The notes under the pieces: model-generated
Told to the model about the DNA's origin: nothing
The model's database searches: none
What the model saw: only the letters and a program-made list of their open reading frames with translations
Program-made: the position numbers and the translations under genes
Part shown: positions 51,214 to 63,004 of the stretch, in pieces
How the letters are laid out: each line of letters starts with the position of its first letter
Position numbering within the stretch: position 1 is the stretch's first letter
Assembly: GCA_028534125.1 (NCBI GenBank)
Contig: CM052817.1
Span: 12,588,001-12,652,000 of the forward strand
Length of the DNA: 64,000 nt
Origin: Lama glama
Lineage: Eukaryota
Direction of reading: 5' to 3'

Positions 51214-51237
51214 CTTGCATAGAGATAAAGCTTAACA
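50640..51237 (-). mobile_element. ERV-type solo LTR containing (CA)n
   Basis: Reverse polyA signal tttatt 50741-50746 and reverse TATA ttttata 50914-50920 in LTR order; GC-richer insert interrupting L1ME; TSD not resolved. Confidence 0.7.
51174..51210. repeat. (CA)n microsatellite
   Basis: Direct reading. Confidence 0.95.
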
Positions 51238-52549
51238 GGTAGGTTAAACTGAGCAGATGAATAACATCACTGCGCTTTTAGAAGAGCTTGAATTTCCCCA
51301 GAACCTTGGAAGCCATGGGAACCTCAACTCAGTTACTTTCCCTTCCCTCTCCTGCAGGCAGCTACTGTTCTGAAATGTGTGTTCACATCTCTGGGATTTC
51401 TTGTTTTTCTTTACAATTTTCTCATTCATGTATCCATCCTAACAATTTAGTTTGCTTACAGTTGGAATTCATGTAAATAGAATCACACTGTATGTGTTCT
51501 TTTGTGACGTGATTCTTTCACTCAGCATGTTTTTGAGATACGCCCATGTTGATGTGTTCATTTGTGGTTCAGTAATTTTCTTTATTGTCTAACAGCCCAT
51601 TGCTTATTCAACATGAGTTGTTTGACCTTTCTACTTTTTATGATCATTCGGGCTGTTTTAAGTTTGGAAATATTAATAACAACGATATGATCAGTTTTGT
51701 ATATGTATCCTGATATAAATGTGCATACATTTCTTTCTAAGAGTGGAAATATTAGGTTTTAAGAGAATGCCAAAATTCTTTCAAAATACTACAAAATATT
51801 TCAATTACTTTTATAATTAGAGTTTTTGTTATTCCTGCTTCCTGAGTATTTTCACATTTTTAATTTTTGCTAGTCCATTCATTTGGTTTTAATTGCACAC
51901 CCTGATTGCTAATAAGGCTGTGTATTCCTTCTGTAATAATATCGCCATCATATATTAAGTGTCATCATAGTTTCATTGACTATAGACATTTTTATGTCTG
52001 TGAAGTACTGCTTTAAATTGTCTGCTCATTTCCTATTGGATTGTTTGATTTCTGAATTTACATGTAATTTTTCTTTCTATATCATGACTATTACTTCTAC
52101 TGTACATAATATTTTGCCAGGAAAAAAAAAAACTTAGTATTTGAATGCTTTATCTCAGAACTTTACAACAAAGTCCTCAGATTTCTGTACAAGCTCCTCA
52201 TCCTAAATTAAAGGTCTTCCTTGATACTACAGTAACCTCTTTTTCTGACTGAAATCATTTTCTATAATGTTCCTGTAAAAAATTTTTTTTGCCAAAATAA
52301 ATGTTCTTTCCCTACCTTTCTAGAGAGCACTTTACTAGTCCTTATCCATGGCAAATCAACCAATCCATCAAGATACACCTTGAGGGTGACAACCTCCAAA
52401 CTCGATTCGTGCGTCTCATCTAGAGATGAGTTACTGCTTCTTTCCTCTTTTCCTCCCATTTTTTGTTTGTTCATGGGCAGTAAAGGAACACTGTCATTTT
52501 GTATCCACCCGCTAGATGTCAGACTTGATGACTTTATTTCATTTTTCTT

Positions 52550-52730
52550 ATATTTTAATCTTCAAAAATGATGTGGTAAAACATATAATAGAGTACATTT
52601 TATAGATGACAAAACAGAAACTTGGCTCTAATAGGTAACCTGCCAAAGGAGAAACAGACTATAATTACAGTAAAGATGAAGTTCATACTCCTCTCTGCCT
52701 AATGCCAGTACTTTTGCCTTTTCTACTGTT
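52550..52730 (-). mobile_element. MIR
   Basis: cattttatagatgacaaaacagaaacttgg...taacctgccaaagg. Confidence 0.65.
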
Positions 52731-52822
52731 CCACCCCACTGAAAGGTATCTTACTAGGCCCTTCAATCTAATTATTTACATATCAAGAGTCATAGCAAGG
52801 GCATTGCAGCCCGAATGCTTGC

Positions 52823-53785
52823 TGAAGTCGATTGAATGATGTCCCTTAAAAAGGTATGTACAAGTCCTAACCCAGGAAACTTATAAATGGGACCATGTTT
52901 GTAAAAAGAGTCTTTGCATATGCAATTAAATTAAGGGTCTTAAGATGAGATTGTCCTTTATTATCCTGGTTGGGCCCTAAATCCAACGGGATTATGATAA
53001 GAGAGAGAAGACAGGAGAGGAGTTGGTCACATGAAGATAAGAGGCAGAGACTGAAATGACATAGATACAAGGGATGCTGACAACCACCAAAAGCTAAAAG
53101 AGGTAAGAAAATGTCCTCCCTTGGAGCCTCTAGAGGCACACAGCTCAGCTGGCAATTTGATTTCAGACTTCTGCCTTCCAGAACTGTGAGAGAGTAACTT
53201 TTTGTTATTTTTAAGTCAACTAGTTTGCAGTAATTTGTTACAGCAGTCCTGTATTAGAGAAGAACAAATCTGACTGCATATGAGGGCTGTTCCTTTGGTT
53301 TTAACCCTGTGCTCTGTTTCCTGTGCTGAGTCATGCCGGTTCTGCACCTTCTGTGAAAAAACGTTGCCTAGAGCCTGAAATATACAGGACAGCCTATTCT
53401 TAAGATGCTGACCTTTAAGGGTATTAACACTTATCCATTCATATAGAGATAAAAAGCTGCAGAATAAAAAATAACATTTATTTTGTTAGAAGTTTACAGG
53501 GACATCATGACCTGATCCACTTGGACAGCTACAAGAACAAAGGATTCCTACACCAAGAAGTTTGCAACAACCACACCTCCTCCCTTTTTAGTATAAAAGG
53601 AACCTGAGCTCTGACTTGGGGAAGCTGGTTCTCTAGGACATTAGTTTGCCAGTGTCTGGGTCTGCTGGCTTTCCGAATAAAGTCATTATTCCTTGCCCCA
53701 ACGCCTTGTCTCCTGATTTATTAGCCTATTGTGTGGCAAGCAGAACAAGTTTGGACTCCGTAATGGCCCTAGGAAGCTAACATAC
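52823..53785 (+). mobile_element. MLT1C-like MaLR LTR, with an ERV1 LTR inserted near its 3' end
   Basis: gagtctttgcatatgcaattaaattaagggtcttaagatgagat...gggccctaaatcca...cagacttctgccttccagaactgtgagaga...ttgttacagcagtcc[insert]gccctaggaagctaacata. Confidence 0.9.
53250..53765 (+). mobile_element. ERV1 solo LTR, MER41-like cetartiodactyl family
   Basis: tgtattagagaagaacaaatctgactgcata...agtataaaagg...gaataaagtc; 4-bp TSD gtcc (53246-53249) / gccc (53766-53769). Confidence 0.9.
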
Positions 53786-53789
53786 CTGG

Positions 53790-54000
53790 ATTTGCAATCT
53801 GGTTTATAATTTTTTTTTTTAATCATATAACCTGGAGCAAACTACCAAAGCTCTCTGGGTATCAGTTTCTATATATAAAATGAGGATGAAAAGAACAATC
53901 TGCTTGTTTTTATAACCAAGTGATTTAGTAAATACAAAATGCTTAAACATTCCATGGTGCAAAGTAAGCCCTCAAAAAATCTTAACAATTTTTATTATCA
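53790..54000 (+). mobile_element. MIR
   Basis: ctctctgggtatcagtttctatatataaaatgaggatga...aaaatgcttaaacattccatggtgcaaagtaagccctcaa. Confidence 0.7.
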
Positions 54001-54989
54001 ACTTATTATCCTGCCAACTAACTTTGAAACAGTTCAAGAACAGGGACTTAAATATATTTATATTTATATTGTAACAGAAGAGCCCAGCATGGTTCATTCA
54101 AAAGATTTACCAGTTTGAATTAGAGAACTGCTAGGAACCACCAACCAATTAAACTGTTCATAGGAATTCTAGAAATAGAGGTTATTAAGAAAATAACCAT
54201 TATCTAAAATTAGACTACACTTTAGTCATTGCTTAAACTTTTAAGGAAACATCTTCTTGATAATTCAATAAAGCAGTGCTTAGAAACTATAGAGTATTAA
54301 ATGTAAAGGAAAATTTATCATGTCACCAAATGGATGATCTTGTTAAAAAAATATTTTTTGGAAAATAAATGAATTAAATATGGCTGCCTCCCTCCAACTG
54401 CTTTAATTGCCCCCAAGATTATCGCTCTTTGACAAACACAATTCAACATTTCCATTAAAATTACTTCTCAGCTACTCACAAAATAAGTTGGGCACAGCTG
54501 TCCTTCTCTCTATCAGTGAGCTTGAAATCAAGGCTTTTCCTCACAAACCAGTCAGAAGCAGCCCCGGCTTGGAGGGCTGGTCGTCACAGCTCAGATTACA
54601 TCATCTGTTCATCTTGGCTAGCCCTCAGAGAGTCTTTATGTTTTGGAGGTGTCTCTTTGGCTAGAATTTCTTGTTTCACCTATTAAGGGTTTTTTATTAC
54701 CAGGGAGTTTGCCACTGTATGCATGGGCTCCACCCAAGAAGGCTGTATGCAAAGCCTTCTTGGCTGGTAAACAAGAAGCAGGGGTAAGAATTGTATATAG
54801 CAGGATTCTACCAGCCTGGACAAGGGGGGAGCTGCCTAACTTAATTAAAAATCTCTTCTTCTGTAAGTTCTTCAACAGAACCAAATGACATAAATAACTA
54901 TTTCAAAAATACATCAGTGCCCCAGTTTTACATTCATATCACTAGGACTCATACAGTGTGCATCAGGAAAGTATCAGGGACACTTACCT

Positions 54990-55220
54990 GGTATGAGACT
55001 AAATGAGCATGTCTGGAGACAAAAATCTCTGACTTTAAATCTTGGCTCTATCACTAGTTGTGAGAATGTGGGCCAGTTACTTGACTCCTCTGCTATTCTT
55101 TTTCTTTGTTTATAAAATGGATAAATAAGAAGACACAAAACACAGGTTTGCCATAAGAATTCAGTGAGTTAAGGAATGTATGCTACAAAAATAGGTAGTG
55201 AATAAATGTCTGCTATTGTC
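54990..55220 (+). mobile_element. MIR
   Basis: tttaaatcttggctctatcactagttgtgagaatgtgggccagttacttgactcctctg...tataaaatgga. Confidence 0.75.
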
Positions 55221-55267
55221 TTAATAAATATTCATCTTGAAGGAAAGCTTAGAAGAAGTGGAGTTTT

Positions 55268-55619
55268 TATCTTGGTTCATTCCACTGCTGTAACAAAAAT
55301 ACCATAAGCTGATGGCTTAGACAACAAACTTGAATTTCCCACAGTTTTGGAGTCAGAGACGTCCAAGATCCAAATGCTGGCAGATTCAGTCTCTGGTACG
55401 GGCCCTCTTCCCTGTGCTTAAATGACCATCTTCTTGCTGTATTCTCACATGGTGGAATCTCTCTGGGTTTCTTTCATACACGCACCAATCTTACTCAGAA
55501 GGATTCCACCCTCATAAGCTAATTGTCCTCACAAAGGTCTTGCCCACAAAAATCATCATGCTGAGGACTAGCTTTCAACATAGGAATTCTGGGAGGACAC
55601 AAACATTCAGTCTATGGCA
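55268..55619 (-). mobile_element. MLT1A-type MaLR LTR
   Basis: ctgctgtaacaaaaataccataagctgatggctta...gtccaagatc...ctggcagattcagtctctggt...tttcaacataggaattctgggaggacacaaacattcagtctatggca. Confidence 0.9.
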
Positions 55620-56069
55620 GGGACAGAAGAAGCAGGGGACCAAAGCCCCTACCCCACCACCCATGCCCAGTCCACAATCAACATTTGATAGATTTGTTCA
55701 CAAATAAGAAATGTGGACAATGGTGGACTCTCACCAGTGAGGCCACTCTCAGAACACTGATAAAGATCTGAGGTGCTCAGGGATTAATTAATCAGTAAAG
55801 AGCATTATGAGTAAAGAGCACTGGAGAAGGGCTTCCCGGGGTCACCCTGGGGTGATCATGCAGGGACATTCAATGTGACTGTCTCATGGTAGTTCCTCAA
55901 AGTCTCTTCTAGTTCGTAGACCCCAAACTAATGCCTAAAGGTAGAGAGGGAATTTTTGCAATTAAAAAAATTATTAAAACAAATGGTTTAACTAACTAAT
56001 GGGCTAAAATATATTTGACATATACTAAATCATGAGTGTCTCAAGGCAAGCCTTTGCCCACTGACGGAA

Positions 56070-56320
56070 AGCAGACTCTAGAGTTAGACATGAGGGTTTG
56101 AATCCCAGCTTTGCTGATTATGAGGTGTGTGACCGACACCAAGCTACAGTGAACTCACTTAACCTCTCTGGACCTCCATTTTCACATATATAAATGTTGA
56201 TAATAACACCCATACATCCACCTTACAGGATGATGTGAGGTTTAATTAACTACATAAACATAGTACTTAGAAGAGTTCACAGTAGATGCTCAATGTTTAT
56301 TAATAATAACATCATTATTC
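56070..56320 (+). mobile_element. MIR, near full length
   Basis: gggtttgaatcccagctttgc...tcacttaacctctctggacctccattttcacatatataaatg...gatgtgaggtttaatta. Confidence 0.85.
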
Positions 56321-56809
56321 TAAAACTGCCATTTTTTTCCTTTGTAGACTTCACAGTGAATTTCCCATAACAGATGTTCAAAAAATGTTTGATGAAGATA
56401 TGAATCGAAACACTTTACCAAATACTCCATCATTATATTTCAAGGGCTTATTTTTATATAACTATAATGGAGGAAATACATAACTGAGCAAATCTCCACA
56501 AATGTAAGTAACCAGTAAATCAAAATTCATTTAGTTAGAAAGAAAATTACTAAACAAAAATTAAAACAGAACCTTGTGATGAGCCATTTGAACTGATTTA
56601 TCAAAAACATATTGAGAAGTATTTAACAGAGCTTATGGCCCGTGCACCAAAATGGTGTGGTCATAGTAGTCATCTCCGATTCAGGAACAGCCACCCTTTT
56701 ATGGAAACCTGGACTTACTTTGGAGAAACCGTTCCAATGGAATCATCATTTTCAGACTATAAAAGTGAAATAGAAACGTAAAACAGAAGAAAGAAAACAC
56801 GGACCGCAT

Positions 56810-57055
56810 GCCAACCTCGTGCTGGGAACTGCATTAAGCACTTTAGATATTCAATCTTATTTAATCCTCACCACCACCCTGTGAGGCAGGTATAATTACC
56901 CTTTTATTTGATTTCTTTACTTCCTTTTTTCTTTTTCTTTAAAGATGAGGAAATAGACCCTCAAATGATTATATGAATTTTCAAGATCAGACAACTAATA
57001 AGTGAAGAAGCTGGAACTGGCACTCACGTATATTTAACTACAAATATCATGCTGT
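56810..57055 (-). mobile_element. MIR
   Basis: ttatttaatcctcaccaccaccctgtgaggcaggta...agatgaggaaatagac...caagatcagacaactaataagtg. Confidence 0.88.
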
Positions 57056-57815
57056 TAGCAATATTGAAAGGAAGATATGAAGAGAGATAGGAAGGGGAGA
57101 ATTTTACTGCAACTCAAAATGAATTTTCTGCTTCAGTAAAACTGTGCCTACACATGTAATGATATTTTACTAAACATGGAAATGCCATATTTAGGAGAAT
57201 AAAGGATTATAAATGAGAATTCATGTGCATCAGTATATACCATATTATGATTTTTAGTATTACTCCACAAGAAGTTCCATCAGCTGGAATTTAAAATATG
57301 AAGGCAGTCAAGAATTCCTATAAAGATTAAGGCACAATAATTTGAATTCCACTCAATACTATGTACTCCTTTGAACCTATTCTGTTATTACTTAAAAGGA
57401 ATTCAGCATCCAGATTGCTACCTGGCAAACCACAGTGCTGGTGTTCTTTGAGGCTTGCAAGACAGGTGAGCTCATGTTGCCAAAAATGCTTTTAAAAGAA
57501 AGAGTAAAAATAAAATGTGGCTGAATAGATTACATCAAATACATACTTTCTAGATGCAGTTATGTAAGTTGTATAAATATTTTAATACTGTGCCTTCGTA
57601 TTGTAAGGGGTGTGGAGAGAAAGTAGCCGATTTCTGCAGTAAAATCTTAGCCTCAGGGACAGCCCCCTACTCTTAACTCATACGAACCATATATTAAATT
57701 CTCATTGACCAGATTTTAAAACTTCCTCTTACTTTTATTATCAATATGCGCTTTTCAATAAATGTCATGTTGTTATCAAGCAAGTTTCCTTTCAGAAGAC
57801 TTGGTAGAAAAATCG

Positions 57816-58360
57816 TATGAGGGATGATGACTCTGGGATGACCTCCATAAGCCCCACATTCTGGTTGTCACATGCCTGCACACTCCCCTTCCCTTGAGTG
57901 GATACACGGCCCATGACTTGTTTTTAACCAATAGAATATGGCAGCAGCGAGGAGATGGATGTGATGCCGTGTAGGGGATGACATCCCTTAGGTTATAACA
58001 CCCATCCTTCTGAGATTCTGCTCTCTTACTAGCTTTGAGGAAGCAAGTGGCCATTTGGGAAGTCTGGCATGGCTAGAAACTGATGGAGACTTCCGGCCCT
58101 CAGTCCAACAACCTTCTAGGAACTGAATGTTCCCAACAACTACATAAGCTTGGAAAAGTAAAGTATTCCTCAGTCACACTCAGATGACAGGACAGCTCCA
58201 CCTACCACAATGAGCATGGCTTTGTGAGAACCTGAAATGGAGGACTCTGCCAAGGCAAGCCAGGATTCCTAACCCACAGAAACTATAGGATGATAAATGT
58301 GTATTGTTTGAAGCCACTAAGATCATGACATTGTTATGCAGTGGATATCTGATAGATACC
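57816..58360 (+). mobile_element. MaLR LTR (MLT1E/F-like)
   Basis: cccttcccttgagtgg...tgacttgtttttaaccaatagaatatggca...gctttgaggaagcaagtggccat...ggattcctaacccacagaaact...gataaatgtgtattgtttgaagccactaag. Confidence 0.9.
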
Positions 58361-59064
58361 AAATAGATATTGCATATGTGTGTGCCCCTGATTTAAGATT
58401 TTTGATCAACAACTATCTATTAAGCACCGGCCATAGGACAAGAGTCATCTGAGGGCAAACATATGGTTACTGGTTTCAAGGATATTTATTCTTTTGGAAA
58501 AGACAGAACGTGTAAGGAGCAAAGTACAAAAAGTATGTCACAAGATTATAACAGCAAACAAAAGAGGCAATACGTATGAGAACACTTAGCAGTATGCCTG
58601 ACATATAATAGCTAAATTAGAGAACAACTTTTTGGGTTCAACATTAACTACTGTAGCTGCTAAGTCATTAGGGATAGAGCTAAGAAAGGGGAGACTACTA
58701 ACATTTTGGGAGATGTAAAAGGCCTGAGTGGAAAATAAACAGAAGTGTGGTATTAGGTGTATCTGGTGAGTAGGAATCCCATAAGTCTTACATTTGAACA
58801 GTAGTATAAGGAAGAGATGGAGTAACCACAATGGTAAAAATGTGATTTTCACATGATGGAGAAGAAAAGATAAGTAATTGCTTTTAAATTGTCCAAAGGA
58901 CTAGATTCTAAGCCAAAAATAATCCTACTAATTAAAAACCTAGTTCTCAAATTATTGCAGTTAGGAGTTACTTATTATCTTTAAAATTTTGCCAAAAAAG
59001 CATTCAACCAAACCAGAAAATATTCAGTTAAGAATAGTTGGTCATCTGACCAAAAATGCTGGAG

Positions 59065-59350
59065 TTATGAATTGTGTTTGAAATTTCAGTTGTGACGTTC
59101 ATTAGCAGCCGGTACAGCAGCCTACCTTTGTACTTAGGAAATCTATTGCCAATTCATTAGTTATTATTAGTTATCCCCAATTATGCTTGGGAGATCTAAT
59201 TCATAGTTATTGCTAGTTATACCCAATTATGCTTGGGAAGTGTATTGCCAATTCGTTGGCTATTATGAATCGTGTTTGAAATGTCAGCGGTAGCCTTCCG
59301 CTGTAGCTGCTACCAGATACAATTACGCTTGGGAAGTCTGTTGCCAAGTA
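59065..59350. repeat. Nested imperfect local tandem repeat
   Basis: ttatgaatYgtgtttgaaatKtcag twice (59065, 59263); core cttRggRRRt four times (59133, 59186, 59232, 59328), the last three preceded by caattaYg. Confidence 0.9.
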
Positions 59351-59634
59351 AATCTTAACTTACTGCTCAGCGATACATTCTGATGACTTTCATTTCACTT
59401 CTTAACTGGAATAGTCAGTTTAGCCAATTAACGAGTGCTTTAAAATAACACAATATTTTATCAAATGGGGCAGAATTTATAGCAACGGATTTGTTATTCG
59501 AGGTGGCCATTCAAATGATCAGAGAGCCACATGCCTCAATGAAATTATACCTGTCCAAGAGACATCAGGACAGATTCAAACATAGGATCATTCAAAAGCA
59601 AAAACAAAACCAGAAACAACAAAAATCTTATTAC

Positions 59635-59768
59635 TAGATTAGTCACGTAGTTTATCGTCCAAACTGGGACATCTCTGGGGATTAATGAGACAATATCCAG
59701 ATAAAATCCTGGGTGAACTGACAGAATTCAAGGCAGTCACAAGCACTCTGGGATGAATAGTCACCTTT
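59635..59768. mobile_element. MER94-like hAT-Blackjack DNA transposon
   Basis: gtttatcgtccaaactgggaca...ctgggatgaatagtcacct. Confidence 0.7.
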
Positions 59769-60031
59769 CCTACTGTTCAGTGTTAATGATTACTGTTATT
59801 AGTCCCATTGTTGGCCTGAAATTATTTTTTGTTCATGTTAAATTGCCTCATGGACATACCTGTTGCAGTTCTGAAGGGCAGCAATGAAATCTGAGAGTTA
59901 AGAGCTTTTCTAGCTTAGTGATGTTATCAATACTAATACTACTTACATGTTTAGGGATTTATAGGGAATAGTTTTAAAGGATATTTCTTCCCATGAGCTT
60001 ATTACCTATGGTGATAGTTCCGTGATCGAAG

Positions 60032-60125
60032 TCATCATTCATTCAATGAATATCCATTGAGGATCTCCTATGTGCCAGGCCCTGGCATAGCTGGCGGGTA
60101 CACATTGAACAAGACAGAACAAACC
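60032..60125 (-). mobile_element. L2 3' tail
   Basis: tcattcattcaatgaatatccattgaggatctcctatgtgccaggccctgg...tgaacaagacaga. Confidence 0.8.
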
Positions 60126-60369
60126 TAAGCAATTAACACTGATTTCGAAACATTTATCCAGGACTTATTAATGATGCCCTCTGCTTAGCAACTGAGCTAC
60201 ACAGCTGGTCACTCTGCCAGGCGTCGCTGCCACTTTAGAGAGAAGGAAACTAGTCCTCACATTCACAGCCAAACAGAGCCGTGACTTGAATCTGTAACAT
60301 GATATATAAATGAGAATGCGTTCAGTTGACAGCAAGCTGAATATTAAAATCAAAAGGTGCTTTAGATAT

Positions 60370-60735
60370 TGTGATAGCTGTCATCAAAATCCGTATTTTT
60401 GTTTTCTTCCTAAGGACACAGTGAAAGTGAGTACTGACTCCATTTCTATTAGATTTGACCACGTGACATGAAACCTGAAAAGCTGGGAGTAGAAGTGATG
60501 GATGAAATTTTCAGACCTGGATCATAACAATTTTCCAATGTGGTAACACTCTATAGCTCGTCTCCACTTTAGCTAGAACTGAAGTAATATCCACTATTCA
60601 CTGTGTGGGAAGGGACATCACACCAGCTTGTCCCCTTGTCCTGTACTGCCATGAGATTGAGAAACAAACAAACTTCTATTTTTGTTTGAGCCAATATATA
60701 TTTTAGAGTCTCTTTGTTATAACCTTAGGTATAGC
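60370..60735 (+). mobile_element. MaLR LTR (MLT1H-like), degraded
   Basis: gaccacgtgac...gagtagaagtgatg...gagaaacaaacaaacttctatttttgtttgagcca...tctttgttata. Confidence 0.6.
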
Positions 60736-60859
60736 AGAAATCTTGTGCAAATGCCCTGCAATTATACAGCCATTTCTTTCTACTCTGCCTTACTATTAAT
60801 CCCAGTATATTTTTCTTCTAAATCTTGATATAGCTCAAAATCCTTAAAAATCCTCCCCC

Positions 60860-61135
60860 AAAAAGAAAAAAGAGGACTCTAATGAACTAATCTACAAAGC
60901 AGAAACAGACCTGCAGGCATAGTAAACCATTTTATGGTTACCAGGGGAAAGGTGGTGGGAAGGGATAAATTTGGGAGTTTGAGATTTGCAAAGATTAACC
61001 ACTACATATAAAATTAGATTTAAAAAAATTTTTTTTTCTGTGTAGCATGGGGAACTATATTCAATATCTTGTAATAATCTTTAATGAAGAATAGTATGAA
61101 AATGTGTATATATATATTTTATATATATATATATA

Positions 61136-61179
<44 letters not shown>

Positions 61180-61255
61180 TCATGACTGGGACAATATACT
61201 GTAGACCAGAAATTGACACATTATAATTGAGTATATGTCAATTAAAAAAAAAAAA
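60860..61255 (+). mobile_element. Lineage-specific L1 3'UTR fragment with an internal (TA)n(CA)n expansion
   Basis: aatgaactaatctacaaagcagaaacagac...gggataaatttgggagtttgagatttgca...ggaactatattcaatatcttg...ccagaaattgacaca...polyA. Confidence 0.92.
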
Positions 61256-61309
61256 CTACAGACAACCAAGATAGAATAGAATCGTGATGCAAAGTGAAAC
61301 CTAGTAGTC

Positions 61310-61500
61310 ATTGTTTTAACTCCCACTAACTTACAGATGATGGACTGGAGGCCTGGAGAGGTTATGAAATTTAACCAACATCACCTGGGACATGAAGCTG
61401 AACACAGATACAGGTGAAAAGCAGAGATTTTAGTAACTTGCTCAAAATCATACATTGAGCGAAAAACTGTAATTCAAATGTTGTCTTTTTGACTCTGTGA
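61310..61500 (-). mobile_element. MIR
   Basis: ttacagatgatggactggaggcctggagaggtta...agtaacttgctcaaaatcataca. Confidence 0.65.
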
Positions 61501-63004
61501 CATGCTTTTTCTTTTCTTTCTTTCTTTCTTTCTTTTTTTTTTTTTTCCTGCAATTACCTCCCATTACGTGATCCTGAGACCTCTGGTCTCTTAACTTTCT
61601 GTATTATTCTCTAAGGTACCTTTAAACTTTTTGGTTTATTCTGGCAAATGCCTAATTCTGGTATCTATTAAGGTACAAATATTCTAAAGTCTACATTTCC
61701 ATTTTCCTGTTTTGTTCAAACCTTTTCTTCTTCCTTGTGCACCCACAGAGCTAAAAGGCGACTACTTTGTAAAATATAAGCCTCAAGAGGAAAGCAGTTT
61801 TAAGCACATAGCAGAACTCCTGCAAACTTTTGAATTATATTTTGATCTTGCTGCCTCTGAAAGAGAATGCATAATGTTTTGGCATTTTCTCTCTATTTAT
61901 AAGGACATTAGAATAAATCTTTAAAAATGATATGAATCCCCAAGACCTCTCTCTGATAATTCAGAACACCTAATTAAAAATAATTTTGTCAAGTAGAGAG
62001 TAACATCTCTGTGAATATTTAAAGTACTCACTAATAAATTGGCATAAAAATTCTGCCCTCCTAGCACTGAGTTTGAGCTAGTATTTTCCACTGTGCTACC
62101 TTGGGATGATTACAATATTACAGTTTTTGTGAAAAATGGATAACCTCAGATAACATCTCTGAGGTCAGTTCAAAAACTATGATTTAGAAGAGAAATTCAA
62201 ATTTGAAATTATCTTACTTTTCTTTGTGTCTTTTTATTAGCTGACTGTGTGCAATTGGAAAGAAAGATACTATTCAAAAAATAATTACCAAGGCAGAAAA
62301 AAAATTTATCATCTTTCAAAGGTGTTGAGAAGAAGAAAAAAAGTTAAATGTTGGCAACCCAGCAGTCTGGAAACTTTGTTAAGGCTTTGGCTTTGAAATT
62401 TGAATATGAACTGTAGGAGAGCACTCAGGAAAAGAGTGAAATAAGCAGGTTTCATTGTATTTAATTTGGCTTCTGAAATGTAACATGATGGAACTTGTAA
62501 CCTGGAAATATTTTCTTAGGTATAGTCACTAGGGAAGGTAAGCATAATTACAGCTGTTCAGACTTCTTGCAAACCAAATTGGCGTTATGGACAATTAATC
62601 TTTTGAAACATTAAGATAACTCTGTAATTTCTCACTTTTATAAAAAGTAAGAGGAAGGCAGCATAAATCAAACTTTAGCCAGTAGGCCAGAAGTTTACTT
62701 AATTGACAGTGGAAGACGAAGTGTCACTAAATTTTTATTACACTGGGGCAACTCGTAAGTCAGAAGTCTATGTAGTCCTGAACGTGCATAATTATGTCCT
62801 AATTCTTACCTACCAAAGAGACTCATAAATTGGGAATATGGTTTTTTTCCTCTGGTTCTTTTTATTGTAATTTGGGTTGAGATAACTAAACAAATGGTTG
62901 GGATTTCTTAGAATAAAGTGATATCATGACATACTCTCTCCAGATGCATGTGGAATGTGCTATGCTGCTTGCAACCCTCTAGGGAAACAGATAAACCATC
63001 TGGC

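Larger units (their letters stand above)
50585..52110 (-). mobile_element. Ancient L1ME-like 3' region, split by an LTR
   Basis: gtaaatagaatcacactgtatgtgttcttttgtgac...tttcactcagcatgtttttgagat...tgctcatttcctattggattg. Confidence 0.75.

Noticed and set aside
26885..53765. Two same-orientation LTRs as the ends of one 27-kb provirus
   Set aside because: Each has its own distinct 4-bp TSD, there is no gag/pol/env between them, and the interval is full of much older repeats
59065..59350. CRISPR array
   Set aside because: The host is a mammal, there are no cas genes, the units are degenerate and irregularly spaced, and the intervening sequences are themselves partly repeated
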